Assembly: GCA_964579515.1 (NCBI GenBank)
Contig: CAZOHA010000003.1
Location: 12,346 to 76,345 of the forward strand
Reading direction: 5' to 3'
Origin: an uncultured Bacteroides sp.
Lineage (GTDB): Bacteria; Bacteroidota; Bacteroidia; Bacteroidales; GCA-2748055
DNA: 64,000 nucleotides
Under the pieces are notes generated by a model. That model was not told the origin of the DNA. It was given only the letters and a program-made list of their open reading frames with translations, and made no database searches. Positions 1 to 8,904 of this stretch are shown in pieces (the stretch's first letter is position 1; each line of letters opens with the position of its first letter). Position numbers and translations under genes: made by a program.

Positions 1-380
1 CATACATGTTTCCTGGTCCGGTTATCATACATATCCACTGCGATGGCGCGCTCCATGTAGTTGTACCTCCCGGGATAACCGTAGTAACGGTCCATCGCCT
101 CGCGGTGATATACAGTGATCTTCACAGAAACATCGCCGCCCTCCTCGGCGAAGGAAAGCCCGTGTTTCTCCAGCTCCCTGGCAATGGCCACCCGGATGCG
201 TTCCAGCTCCATCCCGGTGATAGTCTTTTTATTTCCTTCTGTGAAATCCATGAAGCTGTAGGTGTCGTATTGCCCGAAATCGACCGACGGATCGACATCC
301 GAAAATGTTCTGACCGATGCTCCGCATCCTGTCAAAATCAGGGGAATCAAAATGCCAATGAATATGATGGGTATTTTCAT
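1..380 (-). CDS. DUF4136-like lipoprotein, C-terminus runs off the window
   Basis: My translation of the reverse strand from ATG (complement of 378-380) gives MKIPIIFIGILIPLILTGCGASVRTFSDVDPSVDFGQYDTYSFMDF...ELERIRVAIARELEKHGLSF. It has a signal peptide plus lipobox (LTGC). The frame stays open to position 1, so it is missing from the ORF track. The listed + ORF 6-434 is its antisense shadow. Confidence 0.7.
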   Translation of the reverse strand, partial: MKIPIIFIGILIPLILTGCGASVRTFSDVDPSVDFGQYDTYSFMDFTEGNKKTITGMELERIRVAIARELEKHGLSFAEEGGDVSVKITVYHREAMDRYYGYPGRYNYMERAIAVDMYDNRTRKHV

Positions 381-420
381 GGTCTACAGTTCAATGATTA
401 CTTTATCTTCAAATCAAAAT

Positions 421-1422
421 CTATGCCACTTTAATGCCGGTCAGTGATTCCGAGAGCTCCCAGAGTTTCTTTGCTTCTCCGGCTGTCACCAGTCTCCCCG
501 CAGGCCGGTCGGGTGCAGGATATCCCCACATCCTCAGCCATCCTCCCGGACCGAAATAGGCACCACCCTCGACTCCTTCGGCGGTGGCAGCATAAAGGAC
601 CGGCAGCGCCCCCATAAGGGCGGGTTGTGCAGCCAGCCTGTTGGCCAGTTGAAAGGCCCCCGCACGCCAGCCGGAACCGGCCATGACCGCACCTTTTGAC
701 TGGAGCTCGGTGGCTGCATAACCGGGATGGGCGGCCACAGCGATCATGTTTCCTTCCCCGGTCCGGAATCTCCTGTCCAGTTCCAGGGTGAACAGCAGGT
801 TTGCCAGCTTACTCATGCCGTAGGCCCTCCATTTGCGGTACCGCCGTTCCCAGTGAATGTCCTCATAACGGATCCTCCCAAGCCTGTGGGCTGCGCTGCT
901 CACATTGACCACCCTGCCCTCCCCGGCCTCCCGGATTAGCGGCAACAGCCTGGCAGTCAAAGCGAAATGTCCCAGATGGTTCACTCCGAACTGCATCTCA
1001 AAACCGTCTGCCGTACGGTGATAGGGAATAGCCATCAGTCCCGCATTGTTGATCAGCAGATCGACCACCGGATAACTGCGGGAAATTCCGTCGGCAAATC
1101 CTTTCACCGAGGAAAGGTCACCCAGGTCAAGCTCCCGGACTTCCGGAGAAACCGGCGGTCCCGATTCTTCAATCCTTCGGCGCGCAACCATGCCCTTATC
1201 CAGGTTCCGGCATGCCATGATCACTTTGGCCCCTCTGGCCGACAGGGTCTGGGCGATATGGAATCCCAGTCCGCTGTTGGCTCCGGTTACCACAGCGTAC
1301 CTGCCCTTCTGGGACGGGACGTCGGCGACAGTCCAGCGTTGTTTCTTTTCTTTCACGGCTCTGGTAGATTTTTTTGCAAAAATAATCATTGGCCATAGGG
1401 TAAACACTATCCGGTGCATCAT
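421..1422 (-). CDS. short-chain dehydrogenase/reductase (classical SDR)
   Basis: VVTGANSGLG glycine-rich cofactor motif, NNAG, catalytic YGMSK (YxxxK). The true start may be the internal Met at 1389. Confidence 0.85.
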   Translation of the reverse strand: MMHRIVFTLWPMIIFAKKSTRAVKEKKQRWTVADVPSQKGRYAVVTGANSGLGFHIAQTLSARGAKVIMACRNLDKGMVARRRIEESGPPVSPEVRELDLGDLSSVKGFADGISRSYPVVDLLINNAGLMAIPYHRTADGFEMQFGVNHLGHFALTARLLPLIREAGEGRVVNVSSAAHRLGRIRYEDIHWERRYRKWRAYGMSKLANLLFTLELDRRFRTGEGNMIAVAAHPGYAATELQSKGAVMAGSGWRAGAFQLANRLAAQPALMGALPVLYAATAEGVEGGAYFGPGGWLRMWGYPAPDRPAGRLVTAGEAKKLWELSESLTGIKVA

Positions 1423-1470
1423 ATATACAGAAGCGAACCAGGAAATTATCTAACATTAAATTGAAATATT

Positions 1471-2763
1471 ATGAAAACCATGAGATTGAGAAAAGGGGCC
1501 TTACTGATGATTGTCTCCCTCCTCTGCAGCGTTTTTGCCTACGCAGCGGTGAACGACGATGATCAGGTGTTCGACACCGTCAATTATAAGGCCTTCAAAG
1601 GAACGGTGATCGATTCGGAGACCAACAGATCCCTCCCTTTCGCCACCGTTGAAGCAGGCGGATCCAATGTTGCCACGGTGACCAACATCGACGGCGATTT
1701 TGTGATCAAACTCCCCAGATCTTCCAAAGTGACCGATCTGAAGATCTCCTATATCGGGTATCAAAACAAGATCGTTACACTCGACCGCTTCCCGGAGGAA
1801 AAAAAGCTGTCGATTTATCTGGAGCCCAGTTCGGTACGCCTTCAGGAGATCACCATCCGTCCGGAAGACGCCCTGGAGCTGATCATCGATGCCCTGAGCC
1901 AGATCAGAGTGAACTACAGCATTGAACCGATGATGATGAGGGGATTTTACAGGGAGACCATCGAGAGGCGGCGCAATTATGTCGCGATCTCCGAAGCGGT
2001 GGTCGACATCTACAAAGGGGGGTATGCCAATAATTTCCAGATGGACCAGGTGAAACTCTTCAAGGGAAGAAAGAGCGCCGACGTGGAAAAGATGGACACG
2101 GTTCTGTTCAAGCTGCAGGGAGGGCCCAACACCACCATCCTGCTGGATGTGGTGAAGAATCCCTATATTCTGCTCTCCGAACAGTATTACGACATCTACA
2201 ATTTCACCCTCAGCGATGTGATCAGCATCGATAACAGGCTCCATTACGTCATTTCGTTCGACCAGAAATCCCACGTGGATGATCCTTTCTATAAAGGCAA
2301 ACTATATGTGGATATGGATAAACTGGCCATTACCGAGGCCGAATTCGAACTGAACACCGAGAACGAAGAAGAAGCGGCCAGGATGTTCATCCAGCGCAAA
2401 CCGATGGGCATGACCATTACTCCCGAGAGGGCGGTATACCGTGCCAAATATACCATCGAGAACAACATGTGGTACTTCTCATACGCCAGGGCCGAGGTGC
2501 GTTTCAAGGTAAACTGGAAGAGGAAACTGTTCAACACCATTTACACCACCATGTCGGAGCTGGCCATCACCGACCGCACCTACGAGGGAATCGAAAAGTT
2601 CGCCTTCAAGGAGCGGTTCAAGAGCAACGATGTGATGGGTGATAAGGTATATATTTTCTTCGATCAGGATTTCTGGGAAGGTTACAATGTGATTGAGCCC
2701 GACCAGTCGATCGAAAACGCGATAGATCGCCTGAACCGGAAGTACCTGCGCAGGAGCAGCTGA
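1471..2763 (+). CDS. secreted CarboxypepD_reg-like domain protein, paralog of 4422-5975
   Basis: Signal peptide present. FKGTVIDSETNRSLPFATVEAGGSNVATVTNIDGDFVIKLP...ISYIGYQ is the carboxypeptidase-regulatory-like fold typical of SusC-type receptor N-termini. The C-terminal ~300 aa are collinear with 4422-5975. Confidence 0.7.
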   Translation: MKTMRLRKGALLMIVSLLCSVFAYAAVNDDDQVFDTVNYKAFKGTVIDSETNRSLPFATVEAGGSNVATVTNIDGDFVIKLPRSSKVTDLKISYIGYQNKIVTLDRFPEEKKLSIYLEPSSVRLQEITIRPEDALELIIDALSQIRVNYSIEPMMMRGFYRETIERRRNYVAISEAVVDIYKGGYANNFQMDQVKLFKGRKSADVEKMDTVLFKLQGGPNTTILLDVVKNPYILLSEQYYDIYNFTLSDVISIDNRLHYVISFDQKSHVDDPFYKGKLYVDMDKLAITEAEFELNTENEEEAARMFIQRKPMGMTITPERAVYRAKYTIENNMWYFSYARAEVRFKVNWKRKLFNTIYTTMSELAITDRTYEGIEKFAFKERFKSNDVMGDKVYIFFDQDFWEGYNVIEPDQSIENAIDRLNRKYLRRSS

Positions 2764-2791
2764 GCATCGCCGCTCCCGTCCCTATAAACTC

Positions 2792-2858
2792 AAAGCGCTG
2801 TCCCCGGAGAAATTTGTAATTTGCCTGTGCATTACAGGCGGCACAGGGACAGCGCTTT
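2792..2858 (+). terminator. nested hairpin downstream of 1471-2763 (possible terminator or regulatory stem)
   Basis: 13-bp perfect arms AAAGCGCTGTCCC (2792-2804) / GGGACAGCGCTTT (2846-2858) enclose an inner GCCTGT/ACAGGC stem. The arms run into TTTTAA, which is only a short T tract. Confidence 0.4.
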
Positions 2859-2871
2859 TAATCCTTTGTAG

Positions 2872-3420
2872 ATGAATTTGAATGAGCAATATCAACTGCG
2901 AAAGATCCGGAGGGGTGACCTGGATAGTTTCGAGAAGCTCTTTCACAAGTACTATCAGGGGATGAAAGGATATGCAGAAAGCCTTGTCCGCAAGAGCGAG
3001 GTGGCCGAAGAGGTGGTACAGGATGTTTTCTATAACATCTGGAAAAACAGGGAATCGCTCAGAATTAACCGCAGCTGGCACAGTTATCTCTACCGGTCGG
3101 TCTTTAACAATTCGATGATGTACCTCAGGAAGGCCCGGATCGAGTTCCCCATGGAAGAGATGCAGGGGCCGGAACCGGGCAGCTGGGAGAACGACCCCTC
3201 GCAGCTGATGCAGTCGGCGGAACTTTCCGAAGCCATCGCCGGGGCCATCCGTAATCTGCCGGGCAGAACCAGAGAGATTTTTTTGCTGAACCGGCAGAAT
3301 GGATTGAAATACAGGGAAATCGCAGAAAAGCTGTCTCTTTCGGAGAAGACCGTGGAGGCACACATGGGAAGAGCGCTGAAAGAACTGCGCAAAAGCCTGA
3401 AAAAATTTGAACAGCAATGA
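2872..3420 (+). CDS. ECF-type RNA polymerase sigma-70 factor
   Basis: 182 aa. Region 2 (DLDSFEKLFHKYY...VVQDVF) and region 4 HTH (YREIAEKLSLSEKTVEAHMGRALKELR). ATGA overlap with the downstream FecR gene. Confidence 0.9.
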   Translation: MNLNEQYQLRKIRRGDLDSFEKLFHKYYQGMKGYAESLVRKSEVAEEVVQDVFYNIWKNRESLRINRSWHSYLYRSVFNNSMMYLRKARIEFPMEEMQGPEPGSWENDPSQLMQSAELSEAIAGAIRNLPGRTREIFLLNRQNGLKYREIAEKLSLSEKTVEAHMGRALKELRKSLKKFEQQ

Positions 3421-4412
3421 TGAAAAACGAACGATATACCGAGATGTCGCGCTTCCTGTCCGGCGAGATGGATCCGGCCGAAGAGGTGGCCTTCCGCAGG
3501 GAACTGGAGCGTGATCCCGACACTCTCCGGGAGCTCCGTCAAATGGAGATCACCTGGAAATGGTACGACATCCGGTTTTCCGGATCACGGAACGATTCCA
3601 GACAAGCCTGGGGCAGGCTCAGGCACAGGCTGGAACAGGACGGCATGCTGGAGGAGACTCAACCGGCCGGGAGCCCCTTCTTTCGGAGCGGACCATGGAG
3701 AGTGGCTGCTGCAGTTATTCTGGTCGTCGCACTGGGTTTCCCGGCCCTCTTTTTTGGCCTGCAGGAGCGAAGCGACCGCACGGCTCCCCGGAGCCACTAT
3801 GCCGAAAAAGGGGTCAGGACTGTCGATCTTCCCGACGGCAGCCGGGTTTTTCTCAACCAGGGCTCGGGACTGTCATATCCGGAAGAATTTATCCATCAGC
3901 GGGAAGTCCGGCTCAGCGGTGAAGCATTTTTCGAAGTGATGTCCGATCCGGTGAATCCTTTTACGGTGCGATCCGGAAAGGTCGTGGTATCGGTGCTGGG
4001 TACCTCTTTCAATATAAAAAAAGCAAAACCGGCCGGTGAGGTGGAAGTCTTCGTGGAGAACGGCAGGGTCAGGGTCGCTCAGGATGATTCTCCTCAATAT
4101 ATGACCCTGGAGAAAGGCGAACTGGCCAGGGTGGTTGACGGGATGATCGATAAAGGGACTGCTGTGGATCCCAATTATATATCCTGGAAAACAAAAGAGT
4201 TTAAATTTGTGGATGCCGAACTTGATGAAGTGCTGAAAGAGCTGGAGGAATCGTACCATGTGGAGATCGTCGCCGATGAGGAGGTGATCGAAGGACGGAT
4301 GATTACCACCTCTTACATGGAACAGTCGATCGACTCCATACTTGAAACCATCGCCACGGCATTCGGGCTCTCTGTCACCCTCCGGGACGGCAGATACTAT
4401 CTGGCACAATAA
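3417..4412 (+). CDS. FecR-family anti-sigma factor / transmembrane sensor
   Basis: Cytoplasmic N-domain, a single TM (WRVAAAVILVVALGFPALFF), then a periplasmic FecR domain (DLPDGSRVFLNQGSGLSY...GEAFFEV...FTV). Translationally coupled to the sigma gene. Confidence 0.85.
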   Translation: MMKNERYTEMSRFLSGEMDPAEEVAFRRELERDPDTLRELRQMEITWKWYDIRFSGSRNDSRQAWGRLRHRLEQDGMLEETQPAGSPFFRSGPWRVAAAVILVVALGFPALFFGLQERSDRTAPRSHYAEKGVRTVDLPDGSRVFLNQGSGLSYPEEFIHQREVRLSGEAFFEVMSDPVNPFTVRSGKVVVSVLGTSFNIKKAKPAGEVEVFVENGRVRVAQDDSPQYMTLEKGELARVVDGMIDKGTAVDPNYISWKTKEFKFVDAELDEVLKELEESYHVEIVADEEVIEGRMITTSYMEQSIDSILETIATAFGLSVTLRDGRYYLAQ

Positions 4413-4421
4413 ACCCATCGG

Positions 4422-5975
4422 ATGAAACCAGTAAAAAGGAGATATAGTTCCGCATTCAGGATCCCGGCACTTTTCCTCTTTCTGGTTCTCTGCTCCCCTC
4501 TTCAGGCCAATTCAGGTCAGGATTCCATCCCCGCCATCCGGGTGAGTCTGTCCGACCGGAACCGTAACATCCGGCAGGCCCTTGAGGAGATCACCTTCCA
4601 GACCGGGCTCAGGTTCACCTACGATGCGGATCTCATAGAAGGTAAACAGCGTATCAGCATCGATTCCGGGGATATGCTCCTGAGAGATGCCCTCGATTCT
4701 CTGTTCCGCAACCCGGAGCTGAGCTACCGGCTCATCGACCAGAATATCGTCATCTACCTGAAAAGCATAACCACCCCCGAAAGGTTCAGCGAGGAGGTCG
4801 ACAGATACCTGTTGAAGGGGGTGGTGATCGACAGCCGGAACAGAAACCCCCTTCCGTTCGCCACCATCGGACTTTTCGGAACCAACCTGGGATCCATCAC
4901 CAATCAGGAAGGTGAATTTTCCTTTAAGATCCCTCCCCGCTTGACCGAACCTGTACTCATTGTGCGATACCTGGGATACAACAGGGAAATCGTCCCGGTG
5001 AACTTTCCCCTGGAGGAGAGGCTCGAGATCGTCCTGGAGAAGGAATCCATCCCCCTTCAGGAGGTGATCATCCGGTATACCGATCCGGTATTCCTCGTCC
5101 GGCAGGCCATGGAACAGGTTCAGGAGAACTATCTGCCGGAAAACTCCACCATGACGGCCTTTTACCGGGAAGCGGTCCGGCGGAACGACCACACGATGAT
5201 CTATTCCGAAGCGGTTCTGGATGTGGCCAAGGGACCCTACACCCCTTTCGGTTCGGGAGACCAGGTCAGAATCAGGAAAGCCCGCAAGATAACGGATGTG
5301 ACGGTCGAGGATACCGTTCTGGTCAAACTCCGTTCGGGAGTCTATACCTCACTCAACCTGGACGTGGTTAAGAACCGTCCCGATTTCCTTACTCCGGATT
5401 TCACCGAGAGGTACGACCTTACGTTCAGTGATCTGATGAGCTACGGAGACCGGCTGGTATATGTGATCCGCTTCGATCAGAAGGAAGAGATCACCGAACT
5501 GCTCTTTACGGGCACTCTTTATATCGATCTGGAGTCACTGGCACTGGTGGGAGTCGATTTTGAGTACAACCCGGACCTGATCCACAAGGAACCGGACCTT
5601 TTTCTGGTAAGCCGATCGCCCAATATCCGGATCAGACCCGTTCATGCACGTTACCATGTCGAATACCGCCGGATCGACGGAGACTACCACATCAGCCAGG
5701 TGCGTGCCGATATGGAACTGAAGGTTCGCCGTAAGAGGCAATGGATCGGATCGAAATATCTCATTTCCATCGAGATGGCGATCACCGATGTGATCCCGGA
5801 CCGCCGTCTCCGGATCAGCCCTTCCGACCGGCTCAGGTCCAATGTGGTCCTGGCCGATGAACCGTTCGACTTCGATCCCGAATTCTGGGGCATCTACAAT
5901 ACCATTGAGCCGGAAGCCTCCCTGATGGAGTCGATCCGAAGGATCGAGCACAATCTGCAGGAGATTACCCCTTAG
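4422..5975 (+). CDS. STN domain + CarboxypepD_reg domain protein without TonB-dependent plug/barrel
   Basis: Signal peptide. STN-like segment IRVSLSDRNRNIRQALEEITFQTGLRFTYDADL...LLRDALDSLFRNPELSYRLIDQNIVIY. CarboxypepD_reg segment LKGVVIDSRNRNPLPFATIGLFGTNLGSITNQEGEFSFKIP. Only 517 aa, and the remainder is homologous to 1471-2763. It lies 9 nt after fecR. Confidence 0.75.
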   Translation: MKPVKRRYSSAFRIPALFLFLVLCSPLQANSGQDSIPAIRVSLSDRNRNIRQALEEITFQTGLRFTYDADLIEGKQRISIDSGDMLLRDALDSLFRNPELSYRLIDQNIVIYLKSITTPERFSEEVDRYLLKGVVIDSRNRNPLPFATIGLFGTNLGSITNQEGEFSFKIPPRLTEPVLIVRYLGYNREIVPVNFPLEERLEIVLEKESIPLQEVIIRYTDPVFLVRQAMEQVQENYLPENSTMTAFYREAVRRNDHTMIYSEAVLDVAKGPYTPFGSGDQVRIRKARKITDVTVEDTVLVKLRSGVYTSLNLDVVKNRPDFLTPDFTERYDLTFSDLMSYGDRLVYVIRFDQKEEITELLFTGTLYIDLESLALVGVDFEYNPDLIHKEPDLFLVSRSPNIRIRPVHARYHVEYRRIDGDYHISQVRADMELKVRRKRQWIGSKYLISIEMAITDVIPDRRLRISPSDRLRSNVVLADEPFDFDPEFWGIYNTIEPEASLMESIRRIEHNLQEITP

Positions 5976-5998
5976 TTGCCTGTTTGTTTGCCGAACTA

Positions 5999-6031
5999 TT
6001 GGTATCTTGTCGGTTACCGACAAGATACCAA
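5999..6031 (+). terminator. perfect 15-bp stem / 3-nt loop hairpin after the ECF operon, overlapping the next start codon
   Basis: TTGGTATCTTGTCGG (5999-6013) tta CCGACAAGATACCAA (6017-6031). There is no long T tract. The last A of the stem is the A of ATG 6031. Confidence 0.45.
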
Positions 6032-6390
6032 TGTTACGTTCCACCATCAGACTCTTCCTGGTCCTGATCACCCTCACGGTGATCATGGTAAGCTGGCTTT
6101 CAGGACAGCTGGGTTCCTCCCGCATCCAGATCCTGATCGGGGCGCTGACCGTAGTCAGCATCATCTCATTTTTCCTGCTGAATGTGGCCGACCGGCGTGA
6201 TGAAGCAAAGAGACGGAAAGAAAGGGAGTCGAAAAAGCATCCGGAGGCGGATCCGGACAGGCCCGGGCCCAAAAGGGCCGATGTGGATTATTCACTGAAG
6301 GAGCGGAGGTCGGGACTCACCTGGGGAGGCGGTAATATCAAGGCCAGTGAAGCCAGGCGCGGCACCAAACGAACTTTTCTTGGAAAATGA
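6031..6390 (+). CDS. small membrane protein, unknown function
   Basis: The track ORF begins at TTG 6007, and the first ATG is 6031 (MLRSTIRLFLVLITLTVIMV...). Two hydrophobic helices are followed by a highly charged tail. ATGA overlap with the next ORF. Confidence 0.5.
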   Translation: MLRSTIRLFLVLITLTVIMVSWLSGQLGSSRIQILIGALTVVSIISFFLLNVADRRDEAKRRKERESKKHPEADPDRPGPKRADVDYSLKERRSGLTWGGGNIKASEARRGTKRTFLGK

Positions 6391-6758
6391 AAGAACTCAC
6401 CGAACAGGAGATCAGGGAGCTTGCCGAAAAAAAGCTGCAGGGGACCAGTTATTCAGAGATCCGGTCACAGCTGGACAACCAGGGTTTTTCCGATGAGCAG
6501 ATCCGTACCGCCATCCGGAAGGTCGATGAGGTGGTGCTGAAGGTGGAGAGGGAGAACAGTTCCCTTAGAAAGGCCGGCAGCTGGTACTGGGCCGGTGTGG
6601 CCCTGGCAGGTGCCGGGCTCCTGCTTACTTTCGGAAGGAGTTACGGGTATTTCGCAGCCGGTATCCCGAGGTGGCTGGCCTATGCCCCGTTTTTTACCGG
6701 CATTCTCCTGATGTACTACGGCCGGAGAAAAAGAGCCCGGAAAGCCGGCAAAAAATAA
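6387..6758 (+). CDS. small membrane protein, unknown function
   Basis: 123 aa. Soluble N-terminal half, then two predicted TM helices (WYWAGVALAGAGLLLTF, YAPFFTGILLMYY) and a basic C-terminus. Confidence 0.5.
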   Translation: MKELTEQEIRELAEKKLQGTSYSEIRSQLDNQGFSDEQIRTAIRKVDEVVLKVERENSSLRKAGSWYWAGVALAGAGLLLTFGRSYGYFAAGIPRWLAYAPFFTGILLMYYGRRKRARKAGKK

Positions 6759-6840
6759 CAACTCCTTCACGATAGGTTAATAATTCCGAAACAATCCGCA
6801 TCCCATCGATCCCTATATTCGCCACAAACCGGTGTTTGCT

Positions 6841-8172
6841 ATGAAACACTTGTGGCTTCCCTCCCTGGTCCTGATCAGCGCCATGCTGCCCGGAGAGAGG
6901 CCTGGCACCGAAGCTCAAACCATTTCCAGCCACGATTCCGCCTCTGCCGCCGGTCCACAGGTAACCATGACAGTGTTCAGCGACCCGCATTTTTATGATC
7001 CCTCCCTGGGGACTGATGGTCTGGCATTTGAAGCCTACCTGAATAATGACAGGAAACTGCTGAGGGAAAGCAGAGAACTCATGGAGATGGCCGTCGGGGT
7101 AACACTGGCATCGGGGTCCGAACTGGTTTTGATACCGGGCGACCTGACCAAGGACGGGACGATGGCTTCTCACCTGAGGATGGCCGGTTTCCTCGGACAG
7201 CTGGAGAAACATGGGCTGAGTGTTTATGTGGTTCCGGGAAACCACGATGTGAACAATGGAGAAGCCATGGCTTACCGTGCCGATTCTACCGTCAGAGTGG
7301 AACACGTGAATCCGGTCCGGTTTGAAGAGATCTACGGACCCTATGGATATCAGGAGGCAATAAGTCGCGATCCCCATTCTCTCAGTTACCTGGCCGAGCC
7401 CCGGAAGAATCTCTGGATCCTCGGGCTGGACCCCTGCCTGTATGATCATAACGAACCTGCCGGACACCCGCATACAGGAGGTGCATTCGACCCGGGGACA
7501 ATGGCCTGGCTGGAGGATCAGCTCACTTCCGAGGAAGCCGGGGATAAACTGATCATTGCCATCATGCACCATGGCATCCTGGAGCATTTCAGGGGACAAA
7601 AACGATACTTCGGAGAATATGTGGTGGAGGATCACCGGAAAATCTCAAAAAAGCTTGCCCGGCTCGGAGTTAAAGTTGTTTTCACCGGTCACTACCATGC
7701 CAATGACATCACCATGAAAAAATGGGGAGATGGCTCCTTTCTTTTCGACATAGAGACCGGTTCACTGGTGACCTATCCCTGTCCCATCCGGCGAGTGGAG
7801 ATCTCTTCCGACACCATGAGGATCTCCACCGAACATCTCGATTCGATCCCTTCGATGGGACGGGATTTTGCCCGGTTTGCAAGGGAGTATGTGCATCAGG
7901 GAGTATCGGGAATCGCCGAAAGGACCATGATCGAAATGAACCTGAGACCGGAAGATGCTCATGTGCTTGCCAATCAGATCGGCGATGCATTCCTGAGCCA
8001 CTATCAGGGGGATGAAGTCGCGAAAGATCCCCTCCTCGATCTGGAGGGAGTGAATCTGAAAGGAAGGATGATCATCAGTTTCCGGAAAAAACTGGTCGAT
8101 GGCCTGTATCACGACCTGCCCCCGTCGGATAATGAGCTGGTGATCCATCTTCCCAGTGGAATCTGCAGGTAA
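6841..8172 (+). CDS. secreted calcineurin-like metallophosphoesterase
   Basis: Signal peptide from ATG 6841 (the track starts at GTG 6832). Motifs FSDPH, GDLTKDG, PGNHD, MHHG and TGHYH. Confidence 0.8.
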   Translation: MKHLWLPSLVLISAMLPGERPGTEAQTISSHDSASAAGPQVTMTVFSDPHFYDPSLGTDGLAFEAYLNNDRKLLRESRELMEMAVGVTLASGSELVLIPGDLTKDGTMASHLRMAGFLGQLEKHGLSVYVVPGNHDVNNGEAMAYRADSTVRVEHVNPVRFEEIYGPYGYQEAISRDPHSLSYLAEPRKNLWILGLDPCLYDHNEPAGHPHTGGAFDPGTMAWLEDQLTSEEAGDKLIIAIMHHGILEHFRGQKRYFGEYVVEDHRKISKKLARLGVKVVFTGHYHANDITMKKWGDGSFLFDIETGSLVTYPCPIRRVEISSDTMRISTEHLDSIPSMGRDFARFAREYVHQGVSGIAERTMIEMNLRPEDAHVLANQIGDAFLSHYQGDEVAKDPLLDLEGVNLKGRMIISFRKKLVDGLYHDLPPSDNELVIHLPSGICR

Positions 8173-8209
8173 ATCCCGCTTTCTTCCTACCTTCGCATAA
8201 AACCTTTCT

Positions 8210-8854
8210 GTGGAGGAGATTGTCAGGAAAAGATTCCCGTTCTTCGAATCGGGACTGAGGGAAGCCATTTCAGAATCAGGTACCATCAGGGAGTTTGATG
8301 AAGAGGAGGAGCTGATCAGGGAGGATCAGTACATCCGCTCATTTCCCATCGTGCTTTCAGGACTGATCAAGGTATGCAGGACCGATGAGACCGGCAGGGA
8401 GTTGTTGCTCTACTATCTTCGTCCCGGCGAAGTCTGCACAGTATCCCTGATCTGCTGCATGGACCGCACGAAAAGCAGGGTGAAGGCCATCGCCGAAGAA
8501 CGGACAAGGGCAGTGGTGATACCTGTGGAACTGCTCGACAGCTGGATTACCCGGTACCAGACCTGGAAGGAGTATGTCATGCATTCGATGCAGAAGCGCT
8601 TTGATGAACTTCTCAATGCACTCGACAATATCGCATTCCTGAAAATGGATGAGCGACTGGAACGGTTCTTCAAAGAACGTTTCCGGAATACAGGGAGCCG
8701 CATTTACGAAGGCTCACATCAGGAGATCGCTCTGTCGCTGAACAGCTCCCGCGAAGTAATATCCAGGCTGCTGAAGCAGATGGAGAACAGGGGGCTGATC
8801 ACCCTCTACAGGGGGAGAATTGATTATTCGCCATTGTGTGACAAAAGTTACTGA
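8210..8854 (+). CDS. Crp/Fnr-family transcriptional regulator
   Basis: cNMP-binding-like beta-roll (LLLYYLRPGEVC) and a C-terminal HTH (SHQEIALSLNSSREVISRLLKQMENRGLI). GTG start as given by the track. Confidence 0.8.
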   Translation: MEEIVRKRFPFFESGLREAISESGTIREFDEEEELIREDQYIRSFPIVLSGLIKVCRTDETGRELLLYYLRPGEVCTVSLICCMDRTKSRVKAIAEERTRAVVIPVELLDSWITRYQTWKEYVMHSMQKRFDELLNALDNIAFLKMDERLERFFKERFRNTGSRIYEGSHQEIALSLNSSREVISRLLKQMENRGLITLYRGRIDYSPLCDKSY

Positions 8855-8904
8855 TCCTTTTCAGGGCATAGAGTTAATTTGTCCCCGTATTAAGAAAAGT
8901 AACC

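Noticed and set aside
6-434. 142-aa + strand ORF at the window start
   Set aside because: The opposite strand encodes a much more convincing lipoprotein with a signal peptide, a lipobox and a DUF4136-like sequence. The + ORF is its antisense shadow.
6694-7635. 313-aa - strand ORF
   Set aside because: It is antisense to the metallophosphoesterase gene, which has the full GDxxxxG/GNHD/GHxH motif set.
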